A stretch of 64,000 nucleotides of DNA, from assembly GCA_963752475.1 (NCBI GenBank), contig CAVVYR010000006.1, forward strand, positions 576,001 to 640,000, given 5' to 3'. Of the stretch, positions 18,803-28,581 are shown piece after piece. The stretch comes from an uncultured Chloroflexia bacterium (GTDB lineage: Bacteria > Chloroflexota > Limnocylindria > Limnocylindrales > CSP1-4). The position numbers and the translations under genes are program-made. Within the stretch, counting starts at the first letter, position 1. The number at the start of each line of letters is the position of its first letter. The notes below the pieces were generated by a model, which saw only the letters and a list, made by a program, of their open reading frames with translations, was not told where the DNA came from and made no database searches.

Positions 18803-19744
18803 ATGAGCTTCGACCCGTTGACCGAGAACGACCCCACGGCACAGGCCCCGGCCCCGGCTGCCGCTTCGAGCGCCATCACCGCCAGCCGCCTGAAGCGACA
18901 GCTGGTCGATCAGGCCATCGATGCTGCCCGCAACGCCGACTGGGCCGGCGCCGTCGAGGTCAACGAGAGGATCCTCGAGAGCGGTCCCGACAGCGCTGCC
19001 GAAAACCGCACCGCCAAGGCCTACTGGGAGTTGGGTGAGCTCGGCAAGGCCCGTGAGCACTACCAGTCGGCGCTGGCCATCGACCCCACCAACCGCATCG
19101 CCGACCGCAATATCCATCGCCTGCGCATGCTCATGGTCGACGCCGGCTCGAAGACCGTTCCGGCCATGGAGGGCAGCAAGGCGCCCGTCGGCATCTTCGT
19201 GGAGGAGACCGGCAAGACCGGCTTCGCCCACCTCGTCGATCTCGCCAGTCCCAGCGACCTGGCACAGGTCAACCCCGGTGACTTCGTCGAGCTCAGCCCT
19301 TCCGGCCCACGCGTCGTGGCCAAGTCCAACGGCGTCAAGATCGGCGTCGTGGAGCCGCGCGTGGCGGCTCGCCTGCTGCGCCTGATGGCCGACGGCAACA
19401 AGTACGCTGCCGGTGTCACCAGCCTCGGCGACAAGGACGTCCGCATCATCATCCGCGAGACCTACCAGGACCCGTCCAACTACGGCATGGTCAGCTTCCC
19501 CACGGCGGCCAAGGTCTCCGACCTCCGTCCCTACACCAAGGGCACGCTGGTGCGCGAAGACGAGGCGCTCGAGGAAGAGCTGGAGTTCGACGAGGAGCCC
19601 GAGTCCCTCGAGGATGTCGGCTCGGTCCTGTCGGCCCAGACCCAGGCCGAGGAAGGCTTCCAGATCGAGGGCGAGGGTGAGCCGGATACCGACGACGGCG
19701 ACGATGGCGACGACGACATCTCTCAGGCCGGCGAGGACGCCTGA
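18803..19744 (+). CDS. TPR-repeat protein with central beta domain and acidic tail
   Basis: GAGG RBS; TPR-like NRTAKAYWELGELGKAREHYQSALAIDPTN; FVEETGKT; Asp/Glu-rich C-terminus. Confidence 0.85.
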   Translation: MSFDPLTENDPTAQAPAPAAASSAITASRLKRQLVDQAIDAARNADWAGAVEVNERILESGPDSAAENRTAKAYWELGELGKAREHYQSALAIDPTNRIADRNIHRLRMLMVDAGSKTVPAMEGSKAPVGIFVEETGKTGFAHLVDLASPSDLAQVNPGDFVELSPSGPRVVAKSNGVKIGVVEPRVAARLLRLMADGNKYAAGVTSLGDKDVRIIIRETYQDPSNYGMVSFPTAAKVSDLRPYTKGTLVREDEALEEELEFDEEPESLEDVGSVLSAQTQAEEGFQIEGEGEPDTDDGDDGDDDISQAGEDA

Positions 19745-19859
19745 ACCTCCCGCCCCTGACTCCTCACGGGGCGCACTCCGACCCTGACTTCTGGCGTGCG
19801 CGGCACGCCGAACCGCCCGCTGCCGGTTCCGTCTTGCGCGGATAGACTCAGGACCGACG

Positions 19860-22541
19860 ATGGCGGACCCGAAGAAGCCCTCCAAGACCACCGGCCGTGG
19901 GCCGCGCCTGCCCGCACTGGAGCGGCTGTCGCCCGTGCCCGACATGGCGCTGGTCGAGGCCGAGATCGCTGCGCGTACCAAGGCCGGTGACGTGGTGCTC
20001 GAACTGCACGGCCGAGGCGGCTGGATCACTCGTGGCGCCATCGACGCGTTGCGCCGCTCGTTCACCATCGAGACCACGGCGCTGACCCGGCTGGTCGCTG
20101 AGATCCTCTTGCGCCCGCCGGACCTGCGTCACTTCGACGCAGCGGTGTCAGGCATCGCCGTCGATGCTCGCGGTATGGAGGGCGGCCTGCGTGCCGCGAT
20201 CGAAGCCAGCTACGCCTCTCGCTGCCCCGGCTGTGGCAACACCGTCACCGTCAGCGAGTTCGTGTGGAAGGCTGACGCCGAGGATCCGTCGCGCCGCAGC
20301 TTCAAGTGCTCGCGCTGTCGTGATAATCGGGCAGAGAGGCGGCCCATAGCGGTCGATCCCGATGACCTCTACCGCGCGCGCTCGGTCGATGCCGCCGCGG
20401 CTCGCGACTTCCTGCGCGGACGCTTCCCAGCGCCGGTGCCGGATCACCCCCTGCCCGACGAGCTGGTAGACCTCTATCCACCGCGTGCACAGGTCGCGCT
20501 CGCGGCCATCCTCGAGCGCATCGAGACCGAGCTGCGGTCGCCGTCGGTACAGGCTGCCCTCCGCCTGGCGCTCGTGCACATGGCGCTCTCGATCAGTCGC
20601 CTCAACGGCTACCCCGGCCGCGTGGCCTCGGTCCGCATCAGCGGCGGCCACGTTCGCGGCTCCAACTCCCGCCAGTGGCGGGAGCGCAACGTGTGGATGG
20701 CGTTCGAGGAGGGCGTCAAGGTGGTGCGCGCCTTCGTCCAGGCTATCGACGGGGGCGGCAGCCGCAACCCCGCGCGGGTGGGGCCGGACCTGGCAGCCCT
20801 GCTCGATGGCTCGGCCAACGTCGCTCTGCGCTTCGGCCTGCCACATGGCCGGGAGACCTTCGGGCCGCCGCCGCGACCGGGCACGGAGCCTGGGGCCCGA
20901 CCGCGCGTGCGCCCCGGCGTGAAGCTCGTGCTGAGCCAGCCGCCCATCCACTGGTCGCCCGACACGCTGGCCTACGCCTACCTCGCCTCATCGCTTGCCA
21001 TCGGCCCCGAGGGTGCCGCGACCCTGCCGCTCGCGAGCGTCTTCGGTGCCTCTGTGAAGGCCGAGTGGGCTCGTGACGCGGCCACCCTCCAACGCGCGCT
21101 CTCCGCCGTACAGCCGGTGTTGCTGCCCAACGCCCAGACCGTGATGTTGCTCGAGCGTGCCAGCCCGGAGGCGCTCGTGGCCACGGTCATCGGTGGTGTG
21201 GGTGCGGGCATGCGTGTCGACGATGCCGTGTTGGGGCTCAGCGAGGCCGGTCTCGAGGGCACGGTCCAGTTCGCCCTGCCCAAGGGCGACAGCAGTGGCC
21301 GGGATGTGGCCATCCAGTCCTCATCCGACCCGTCGGGCCCCTTCCAGATCTCGGCCGTCGAGAGCGCCATCGCGGACATCGCCGTGGCCGTCATGCAGCT
21401 GCGCGGGGAGCCGACCCGCTTCGAGCGCATCCTCACCGAGGTGCTTCTGGGCCTGGACCACCTGGGCCACCTGCGCCGGCTCGTGGGCACGCCGCGGTCG
21501 GTCGAACCAGAGGAGGAACCCGAGCGCGAGCCGGGCTACTTCGGCCTCGTCAGCGAGACGTCCCAGGGCGGCGCGCCGTCCGACGACGCCGACAGCGATA
21601 CCGACGAGCCCGTGCAGCAGGACATCGACTGGGAGGACCGGGGACCCGCGAGCGACCCCGTCAAGCTCACGCTGGACATCATCCGCCGCGAACTGCACAA
21701 GCCTGACCATCCACGCCTCGCAGAGATCGATGACGACCTCTGGTGGCTGCGCGAGCCGCGAGACCTCGCCGCCGCCAAGCAGTCGCTGTCGGAACGCCTG
21801 GAGTGGAGCATCTTCAGCCTCCTCAGCACCAGCGGAGGCATCACACGCGCGGCCTTCGATGACCGGGTCGGCCGCCTGTTCCGCGGCCCCGAGACCGTCG
21901 ATCCGGAGCTGGTACAGACGATCCTCGAGAGCTACCGATCGGCGGAGCCGTCCGAGGATGGGCTCATCCGCACCGACGAGGCGCTGCAGACGCGCTACGC
22001 CGAGCACGGCGAGATCGTGGGGCTGCTCACCGACTTCGCTCATCGCGCCGGCATGCGGGCCTGGATCACCGAGCGGGAGCAGCGTCGCCGCTATGGCTCG
22101 GTTCGGCTCGGTGACCTGCTCAGCGATCCCGAACAACGGGTCTACCTGCCGCTCGTGGCGCCCGGCCCTCAGGAGGTCCTCGAGGAGCTCGACTGCATCT
22201 GGTACGTGCGCGGAAAGGGCGCTTTCCTGATCGATGTCGAGTGGCAGGCCGCCCTCGATGAGGCCATCCTCAAACGCGGCCCCCGGATCGACACCACGGA
22301 CAACGTGGTCCGCTTCCTGGTCATCCCCGATGAGCGCACAGAGCTGCTCCGCCTGCGGCTCGACCGATCCCCGGTGCTGCGCCGGAGGATGGATACCGAC
22401 AACTGGCATATCCTCAAGTGGAGCCATGTGCGCCGCCTGCGGGCGAGTCCCCGCGCCGATCTCTCGGTCCTGAGCCCCCTGTTGGGGCTCGATCCCGAGG
22501 TCGAGCGCGACGAAGACCAGATTCCCATGTTCGAGGCCTGA
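19860..22541 (+). CDS. Zn-ribbon DNA methyltransferase-like protein with degenerate motifs and C-terminal nuclease-like domain
   Basis: GDVVLELHGRGG at the motif I position, CPGC...CSRC ribbon, ERNVWMAFE, VKLVLSQPP at the motif IV position, LDCIWY...FLIDVEW. Confidence 0.65.
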   Translation: MADPKKPSKTTGRGPRLPALERLSPVPDMALVEAEIAARTKAGDVVLELHGRGGWITRGAIDALRRSFTIETTALTRLVAEILLRPPDLRHFDAAVSGIAVDARGMEGGLRAAIEASYASRCPGCGNTVTVSEFVWKADAEDPSRRSFKCSRCRDNRAERRPIAVDPDDLYRARSVDAAAARDFLRGRFPAPVPDHPLPDELVDLYPPRAQVALAAILERIETELRSPSVQAALRLALVHMALSISRLNGYPGRVASVRISGGHVRGSNSRQWRERNVWMAFEEGVKVVRAFVQAIDGGGSRNPARVGPDLAALLDGSANVALRFGLPHGRETFGPPPRPGTEPGARPRVRPGVKLVLSQPPIHWSPDTLAYAYLASSLAIGPEGAATLPLASVFGASVKAEWARDAATLQRALSAVQPVLLPNAQTVMLLERASPEALVATVIGGVGAGMRVDDAVLGLSEAGLEGTVQFALPKGDSSGRDVAIQSSSDPSGPFQISAVESAIADIAVAVMQLRGEPTRFERILTEVLLGLDHLGHLRRLVGTPRSVEPEEEPEREPGYFGLVSETSQGGAPSDDADSDTDEPVQQDIDWEDRGPASDPVKLTLDIIRRELHKPDHPRLAEIDDDLWWLREPRDLAAAKQSLSERLEWSIFSLLSTSGGITRAAFDDRVGRLFRGPETVDPELVQTILESYRSAEPSEDGLIRTDEALQTRYAEHGEIVGLLTDFAHRAGMRAWITEREQRRRYGSVRLGDLLSDPEQRVYLPLVAPGPQEVLEELDCIWYVRGKGAFLIDVEWQAALDEAILKRGPRIDTTDNVVRFLVIPDERTELLRLRLDRSPVLRRRMDTDNWHILKWSHVRRLRASPRADLSVLSPLLGLDPEVERDEDQIPMFEA

Positions 22542-22579
22542 CCCCCCAGCCTCGTCTGCCACCGTTTCGGAGCAACCTC

Positions 22580-24265
22580 GTGTCCATCGACCAGTCCGCT
22601 GTCACGCCCGTCCACGCCTTCGCCGATCGTGCTTGGGAGCAGTTCCTCGAGCTGAACCCAGTGATGGCCACGGTCCAGGGCGACGACCGTTGGGACGACC
22701 AGCTGGATGACCCCGGTCCGGATGGCCGTGCCGCCACGCTCGCGGTGCTCGATGGCTGGGAAGCCGAGATGGACGGCTTCGCCGGTCTCGAGCTGTCGGT
22801 CGAGGACCAGGTCACGCTGGGCACCATCGAGTTCGTCATCCGCCGCATCCGCGAGGGCCATGCGCTGCGGCTGTGGCACTTCGAAGCCATGGATGCCCTC
22901 GACGGGCCACAGGCGTTCGTCGCCGACCTGGCGCGGCTGCAGCGTGGCGACGACCCCCAGAAGATGCGAAAGCTGCTCGCGCGGCTGGAGGCGTACCCGG
23001 CCTGGATGGCCGCCCATCGGGCCAACCTGGCCGAGGGCGTGGAGGTCGGACGCACGGCGGCCCCGGCCGTGGTCGAACGTTGCCTGACCCAGACGCAACG
23101 ACTCGTCGAGACACCCGCCGATCAGCACCCCATCGTGCTCGTCCACGCCGATGTCGAGGACGAGGCGCGCGCCGCGCTCGTGGCGGCCGTCGAGTCGCAC
23201 GTCCTGCCCGCCCTGCGCGCCTGGCTGGAGATGCTCGAGGACTACGCGCCGCACGTCCGCTCGGGCGACGGTATCGGGCACCTCGCCGACGGCGACGAGC
23301 TCTATCGCCACTACATCCGATCGTGGACCACCGTCGTCGAGGACCCCGAGGCCGTCCATGATTACGGGCTGGAGCGGCTCGAGGATATCGACCGCCAGGA
23401 GACGGAGATCGCTGAACGACTCGGCTTCGAGGACGTGGGCGCGCTGCGAGCTCACCTCGAGACCGCACCTGAGAACCACGTCACCGATCCGGCCGAGATG
23501 GTGGTGCTGGCCAAGGAGTTGGTGGCCCGCGCCGAGGCGGAGGCGCCTCGCTGGTTCGGTCGCCTGCCCCGTGAGGGGTGCGAGGTCCTCGCCGTCGAGC
23601 CCCATGCCGAGCAGGAATCGCCGCCCGCGTTCTACATGATGCCCAGCGCCGACGGTAGCCGGAAGGGCATGTACTTCATCAACACGTATGATCCGGCCTC
23701 GCGGCATCTGCACCGCATGGCCGGCATCGCCTTCCACGAGGCGGTCCCTGGCCACCATTTCCAGCTCGCGATCGAGCAGGAGCTCGAGGGACTGCCGGAC
23801 TTCCGTCTTTTCGGGGCACGCATGGCTGCTGGCTCGTTCATCGAAGGCTGGGGCCTCTACACCGAGGAGCTGGCCCACGAGATGGGGCTCTACCGCACGC
23901 CGATCGAGCGTTTCGGGGCCCTCGAACTCGATGCCTGGCGGGCTGCTCGTCTCGTCGTCGACACCGGCATCCACGCGTTCGGCTGGACCCGGCAGCAGTC
24001 CATCGACGTGCTCGTGGAGCGGGCGGGCCTGAGCCAGCTGGAGGCCGAGACGGAGACCGACCGCTACATCGGCTGGCCCGGCCAGGCGCTCACGTACTAC
24101 ATCGGCAAGCGCGAGATCCTCAGCCTGCGAGCCCTGCTCGAGGAACGAGACGGCGATCGCTTCGACCACCGTGCGTTCCATGACCAGGTCATCGGCCACG
24201 GCTCCCTGCCCCTGACCGTGCTGCGCGAGCAGCTGCCCGGGTGGGTCGTGCCCAAGGCCGGCTGA
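22580..24265 (+). CDS. DUF885 family putative metallopeptidase (paralog 1)
   Basis: GGAG RBS then GTG; HEAVPGHHFQ, EGWGLYTE, WRAARLVVDTGIH, ETDRYIGWPGQA, GSLPL. Confidence 0.9.
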   Translation: MSIDQSAVTPVHAFADRAWEQFLELNPVMATVQGDDRWDDQLDDPGPDGRAATLAVLDGWEAEMDGFAGLELSVEDQVTLGTIEFVIRRIREGHALRLWHFEAMDALDGPQAFVADLARLQRGDDPQKMRKLLARLEAYPAWMAAHRANLAEGVEVGRTAAPAVVERCLTQTQRLVETPADQHPIVLVHADVEDEARAALVAAVESHVLPALRAWLEMLEDYAPHVRSGDGIGHLADGDELYRHYIRSWTTVVEDPEAVHDYGLERLEDIDRQETEIAERLGFEDVGALRAHLETAPENHVTDPAEMVVLAKELVARAEAEAPRWFGRLPREGCEVLAVEPHAEQESPPAFYMMPSADGSRKGMYFINTYDPASRHLHRMAGIAFHEAVPGHHFQLAIEQELEGLPDFRLFGARMAAGSFIEGWGLYTEELAHEMGLYRTPIERFGALELDAWRAARLVVDTGIHAFGWTRQQSIDVLVERAGLSQLEAETETDRYIGWPGQALTYYIGKREILSLRALLEERDGDRFDHRAFHDQVIGHGSLPLTVLREQLPGWVVPKAG

Positions 24266-24309
24266 GCTGCCGACGGACAACCAGACAATTCACAAGAGGG
24301 GAGCACCAC

Positions 24310-25980
24310 TTGACTAGGACGCCCGTCTATCGGTTCGCCGACGAAGCCTGGACGCAGTACCTGGAGCAGAACCCGATGTGGGCCACCGTCCAGGGCATCG
24401 AGGCCTGGGATGACCGACTCGACGACCCGTCGGCTGCCGGACGCGAGGCCTCGATGGCGCTCGTCGAGCGCTGGGCCGTCCGGGTCGATGAGCTCTCGGC
24501 CGCTGAGCTGTCGGTGGAGGATACGGTCACGCTCGGCCTGATGCGGGCGGTGATCTCCCGCTTCCGTGGCGCACACGAGCTGCGCCTGTGGGAACTGGAG
24601 GCGCTGGACCAGATCGGCGGACCCCAGTCGCTGGTGGGTGAGTTGGCCCGGTTCTGCCGGACCGACACGCCCGAGCGGTTCGACAACCTGCTCAAGCGGC
24701 TGGCCGCCTACCCCGAATGGATGGCCGCGCATCGAGCCAACGTGGAAGAGGGTCTGGCCTCAGGGCGCACGGCGCCGGCCGCGGTCGTCGCGCGCTGCAT
24801 CGAGCAGACGCGGGAGCTGGCCAAGACGCCGCCTGCGGACTCGCCGCTGATGACGGCCAACGCCGATCTGTCCGAGGAGCAGGCGGCGCAGCTGTTGGCC
24901 TCGATCGAGGCCAACGTACAACCGGCCCTGGCCGACTGGCTCGAGCTGCTCGAGTCGTATGCGGAGCACGTGCGTGCCGGCGACGGCGTCTGTCACCTGC
25001 CCGATGGTGAGGCGGTCTATGGCCACGCCATCCGCAGCTACACCAACCTCGACGAGGACCCCCAGGCCATCCACGACTACGGCCTCGCGCGACTCGACGA
25101 GATCGAGGCGGCCGAGGCCTCGATCGCCCGCGAGCTGGGCCAGGAGAGCGTGGCCGCGCTGCGCGTCTTCCTCGACAGCGACCCGGCGAACCACGCCGAC
25201 ACCCCCGAGGAGATGGTGGCCCTGGCCCGGCAGTGGATCGAGCGCGCCGAGGTCGAGGCACCCAAGTGGTTCGGCAACCCACCCGAGGAGCGCTGCGAGG
25301 TGCAGGCTGTCGAGGCCCATGCCGAGAAGAGTGCCCCGGCCGGGTTCTACTACCCGCCGGCGGACGACGGCAGTCGTCCCGGCCTGTACTTCCTCAACAC
25401 CTACGACCCCTCGTCCCGACCGCTGCACCAGGTCGTGCCCATGACCTACCACGAAGCGGTCCCGGGTCACCACTTCCAGCTCACCACCGAGCGACACCTC
25501 GACGACCTGCCGGCCTTCCGCGTCCATGGCGCGCTGCTCGCGTGTGGCGCGTACGTGGAGGGCTGGGCCCTCTACTCGGAGCGACTGGCGGCCGAGATGG
25601 GGCTCTATCGCACGCCGCTCGAGCGCTTCGGCGCCTGGGAGTCGGAGGCGCATCGGGCGGCGCGGCTGGTGGTCGACACCGGCATGCACGCATTCGGCTG
25701 GACCCGGCAGCAGTCCATCGACGTGCTCAAGGAGCGCGCGGGCCTCTCACAGTTGGAGGCCGAGATCGAGACCGACCGCTACCTCGCCTGGCCGGGACAG
25801 GCGCTGAGCTACATGATGGGTCAGCGCGAGATCATGAACCTGCGAGCCGGGCTCGAGGAGCGCGACGGCGATCGCTTCGACCACCAGGCCTTCCACGATG
25901 AGGTCATCGGCCACGGCTCGCTGCCGCTCGACGTGTTGCGTGAGCACCTTCCGGGATGGGTACCACCCAAGGCCGGCTGA
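24310..25980 (+). CDS. DUF885 family putative metallopeptidase (paralog 2)
   Basis: GGGGAG RBS then TTG; HEAVPGHHFQ, EGWALYSE, RAARLVVDTGMH, ETDRYLAWPGQA. Confidence 0.9.
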   Translation: MTRTPVYRFADEAWTQYLEQNPMWATVQGIEAWDDRLDDPSAAGREASMALVERWAVRVDELSAAELSVEDTVTLGLMRAVISRFRGAHELRLWELEALDQIGGPQSLVGELARFCRTDTPERFDNLLKRLAAYPEWMAAHRANVEEGLASGRTAPAAVVARCIEQTRELAKTPPADSPLMTANADLSEEQAAQLLASIEANVQPALADWLELLESYAEHVRAGDGVCHLPDGEAVYGHAIRSYTNLDEDPQAIHDYGLARLDEIEAAEASIARELGQESVAALRVFLDSDPANHADTPEEMVALARQWIERAEVEAPKWFGNPPEERCEVQAVEAHAEKSAPAGFYYPPADDGSRPGLYFLNTYDPSSRPLHQVVPMTYHEAVPGHHFQLTTERHLDDLPAFRVHGALLACGAYVEGWALYSERLAAEMGLYRTPLERFGAWESEAHRAARLVVDTGMHAFGWTRQQSIDVLKERAGLSQLEAEIETDRYLAWPGQALSYMMGQREIMNLRAGLEERDGDRFDHQAFHDEVIGHGSLPLDVLREHLPGWVPPKAG

Positions 25981-26064
25981 CAGCCCGACCCGATCCGCGG
26001 CCATCGGGGCCGCTGCACTCCCGCCCACCGGGCATCAGCCGGACGAGGAGGACGACCTCGCCCC

Positions 26065-26611
26065 GTGCTCATCATCCTCGCGCTCGGTCGTGCAATCGTC
26101 GGTCGACGCCTCGGGCGGCAGGGAGGCCGGTGGCCTGCAGTACACCTCCCAGCAGCTCGGCTCATCCGTGGGCGTGGAGCTCGTCGGTGCCGTCGTCACC
26201 GCGGGCCTGGCCGCCGGCTTCGTGTCCATCGTCAGCGACGACGAGCGCATCCCCACCCAGGTCGTGGCGGCCGTCACGATCGAGATGAGCGACGGTGCGG
26301 AGATGGTCGCAGCCGACGAACTGGCAGTCGCGTTGGAGGACACGGATCTGGACCAGGAGATCCAGGCCGCGCTGGTGGAGGACTACCAGAAGGCCCAGCT
26401 CCAGGCGCTGCGCACCGGCTTGGTCGTCTCCGCCATCGTCGCGTTCGTGGCCTTGATGTACACGCGCGAGCTGCCATCCCGGCGGCCGGAGCCCGGGCAG
26501 CCTCCGGTGGCGGAGGATGACCAGTCAGTCGAGTCGGCCGATGCTCACGCCGCTGCCGACCGCGCGGAGGCTTCCAGGGCGGAGGAGGGGGCCGAGCCGA
26601 ACGGGCTCTGA
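26065..26611 (+). pseudogene. MFS (DHA2-type) transporter remnant with large internal deletion
   Basis: Short hydrophobic VLIILAL joined out of frame to a C-terminal MFS-like segment VVQSSVDASGGREAGGLQYTSQQLGSSVGV...AQLQALRTGLVVSAIVAFVAL. Confidence 0.65.
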
Positions 26612-26642
26612 CCGAGGCGTCAGGTTCGGCACTGGCCTAGCG

Positions 26643-27118
26643 TCAGCCCTCGCGACGATCTCGGAGCGCGAGGGTGCGGAGGCCTGCGAGCTCGTTGCTC
26701 GAGATCGTCACGAACCGATGCGGCATGTCGCTCTCGCCTTCGACGAGCATGCGCAGCAGGAAGGCATCGCCCTGGTCGACGATCAGCACGTGCGAGCCCC
26801 CGGCACGGACGATGTAGCGCCCAAGCAGCCGGAAGGCCTCCTCGTTGCGGTTGGCCCGGTGTCGCGTGCCGCGGTGTCCGCTCCCCATGGAGGACGCCTC
26901 GGCGACTCCAGCGTCGCTGAAGTGCGTCTCGATGACCCGGTAGCGGCGGTCGGTGCCCGCCTCGAGGATGTCGCCTTCGTAGCGCAAGGCCGTGACCCCG
27001 AAGCCAGACGACAGCTCCACCACCATCACGTCGCTGAGGGTGCCCTCGTCGAAGACCAGGCCGAGCGAGCGCAGCGCTTGTTCGTAGTCTCGCCTCGGCT
27101 TCCCCCTTCGCTGCTCAC
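26643..27118 (-). CDS. hypothetical protein with internal two-fold repeat; apparent frameshift near start
   Basis: DYEQALRSLGLVFD...VMVVELSSGF resembles RNEEAFRLLGRYIV...VLIVDQGDAF. The coupled GTG at 27118 is out of frame across a G5 run. Confidence 0.6.
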
Positions 27119-28392
27119 GCCGCCCCCAGTTCGTCGAGCGCCTCGCCCAGCCGTTCGATCTCCTCGGGCGTGTTGTAGTGGCCGAGGCTGGCGCGCACGG
27201 TGCCGCCGGTCTCCGAGAGCCCCAGCGCCTTGTGCAGCTCATAGGCGTAGTGGTCGCCGTTGCGCACGTAGATGCCGCGCTCGCCGAGCGTTCGCGCCAC
27301 GTCTACGGGTCTGTGGCCGGCGAGCGTGAAGGCCACCGTCGGGCAGCGCTCCGAACCGCGGGCAGGATCGGTGATGCCGTACACGGTGATGCCCTTGACC
27401 GCGCTCACGCGTTCCAGCAGTTGCCGCCCCAGGCTCGACTCGTAGCGCCGGATGGCCGAGAGCGCCGCCAGCAGGCGTGAGCGGCGGAACTCGTCGTCGT
27501 GCCCCGGCAGTCCGGGAGCGCCGCCCTGGGTGATGCCGACCTTCTCGAGGTAGCGCATCGTGCCTCCCAGCCCGGCTAGTAGCTCGAAGGGCTTGGTGCC
27601 GGTCTCGAAGCGGCCGGGGATGGCCTCGCCCGCGGGGCGTACATGGAACGGCGGCAGCGACTCCAGCAACGCCCGACGGCCCCAGAGCACGCCCAGGTGC
27701 GGCCCGTAGAACTTGTACGGCGAGCACACGAGGTAGTCGGCGCCAAGGGCCTCGACGTCGGTCGCGAGATGCGGCACCGCGGCCACGGCGTCGACGAAGA
27801 GCTGCGCATCGACGGATCGCGCCAGATTGGCGATCTGCGGGACGGGGTTGATGGTGCCGGTGCCGTTGGACACGAGGCCCACCGCCACGAGCTTCGTCCG
27901 TGGACCGACCACCTGCTCGAGCTCGTCCAGGTCAAGGGTCTGATCATCGGGCCGGAGGCCCACCCAGCGCACCGCCAGACCGTGAGCTTCGGCGACGGCC
28001 AGCCAGGGCGCGACGTTCGCGTCGTGGTCGCCACGCGTGACCACGATCTCGTCGCCCGGCTGCATCGAGGCCCCGATGGCACGGCTGATGGCGAAGACGA
28101 TGGTGGTCATGTTGGGACCGAAGCTGATCTCATCGGGATCGGTCGCGCCGAGCAGGTCGGCCGTGGCTCGTCGTACCTCGGCCACGAGCTCGTCGGTCTC
28201 GATGCTGGGTGCGTTGGGCACGCCATGGTTGGCGTTGCTCGCGAGGTAGTAGTCGTTGATGGAGCGCAGGCAGGTGTCCACGACCTGCGTGCCGGCGGCA
28301 TTGTCGAGCCACACGGCGGGCCGGTCGTCCGGGCCCGGGCGGCGCAGGGCAGGGAAGCGGTAGCGGACGGAGTCGATATCCCAGTCGGTCAT
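27115..28392 (-). CDS. cysteine desulfurase-like class V PLP enzyme
   Basis: WLDNAAGTQV, DHDANVAPW, SNGTGTIN, VDAV, CSPYKFYGPHLG (PLP Lys), FETGT, VRASLGHYN. Confidence 0.9.
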   Translation of the reverse strand: MTDWDIDSVRYRFPALRRPGPDDRPAVWLDNAAGTQVVDTCLRSINDYYLASNANHGVPNAPSIETDELVAEVRRATADLLGATDPDEISFGPNMTTIVFAISRAIGASMQPGDEIVVTRGDHDANVAPWLAVAEAHGLAVRWVGLRPDDQTLDLDELEQVVGPRTKLVAVGLVSNGTGTINPVPQIANLARSVDAQLFVDAVAAVPHLATDVEALGADYLVCSPYKFYGPHLGVLWGRRALLESLPPFHVRPAGEAIPGRFETGTKPFELLAGLGGTMRYLEKVGITQGGAPGLPGHDDEFRRSRLLAALSAIRRYESSLGRQLLERVSAVKGITVYGITDPARGSERCPTVAFTLAGHRPVDVARTLGERGIYVRNGDHYAYELHKALGLSETGGTVRASLGHYNTPEEIERLGEALDELGAA

Positions 28393-28581
28393 GGCCCGAG
28401 TGTAGAGCGCCGCGCGGTCGTTCTCCGGACGCTGGCTGTGTTCGGCACCACGCTCATCACACGACGTGTCTGATACGTACGTGGCAGGGACGCGCCCATG
28501 GCCGGCACGGCACCACACCGCTAGGGCGCAGCGCTCGTTGCATCGGTCGAAGCCGTCGCGTCTGCCCGGAAGCCAGTCAGG

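Noticed and set aside
18050-20077. Long antisense or alternate-frame ORFs (also 22169-24280, 32635-34704, 39311-40945, 61873-63492)
   Set aside because: Shadow ORFs of well-supported genes, expected at high GC, with no recognisable motifs
19860-22541. Active restriction-modification or defence island
   Set aside because: Catalytic motifs are degenerate, with no partner helicase or restriction genes and no mobility genes
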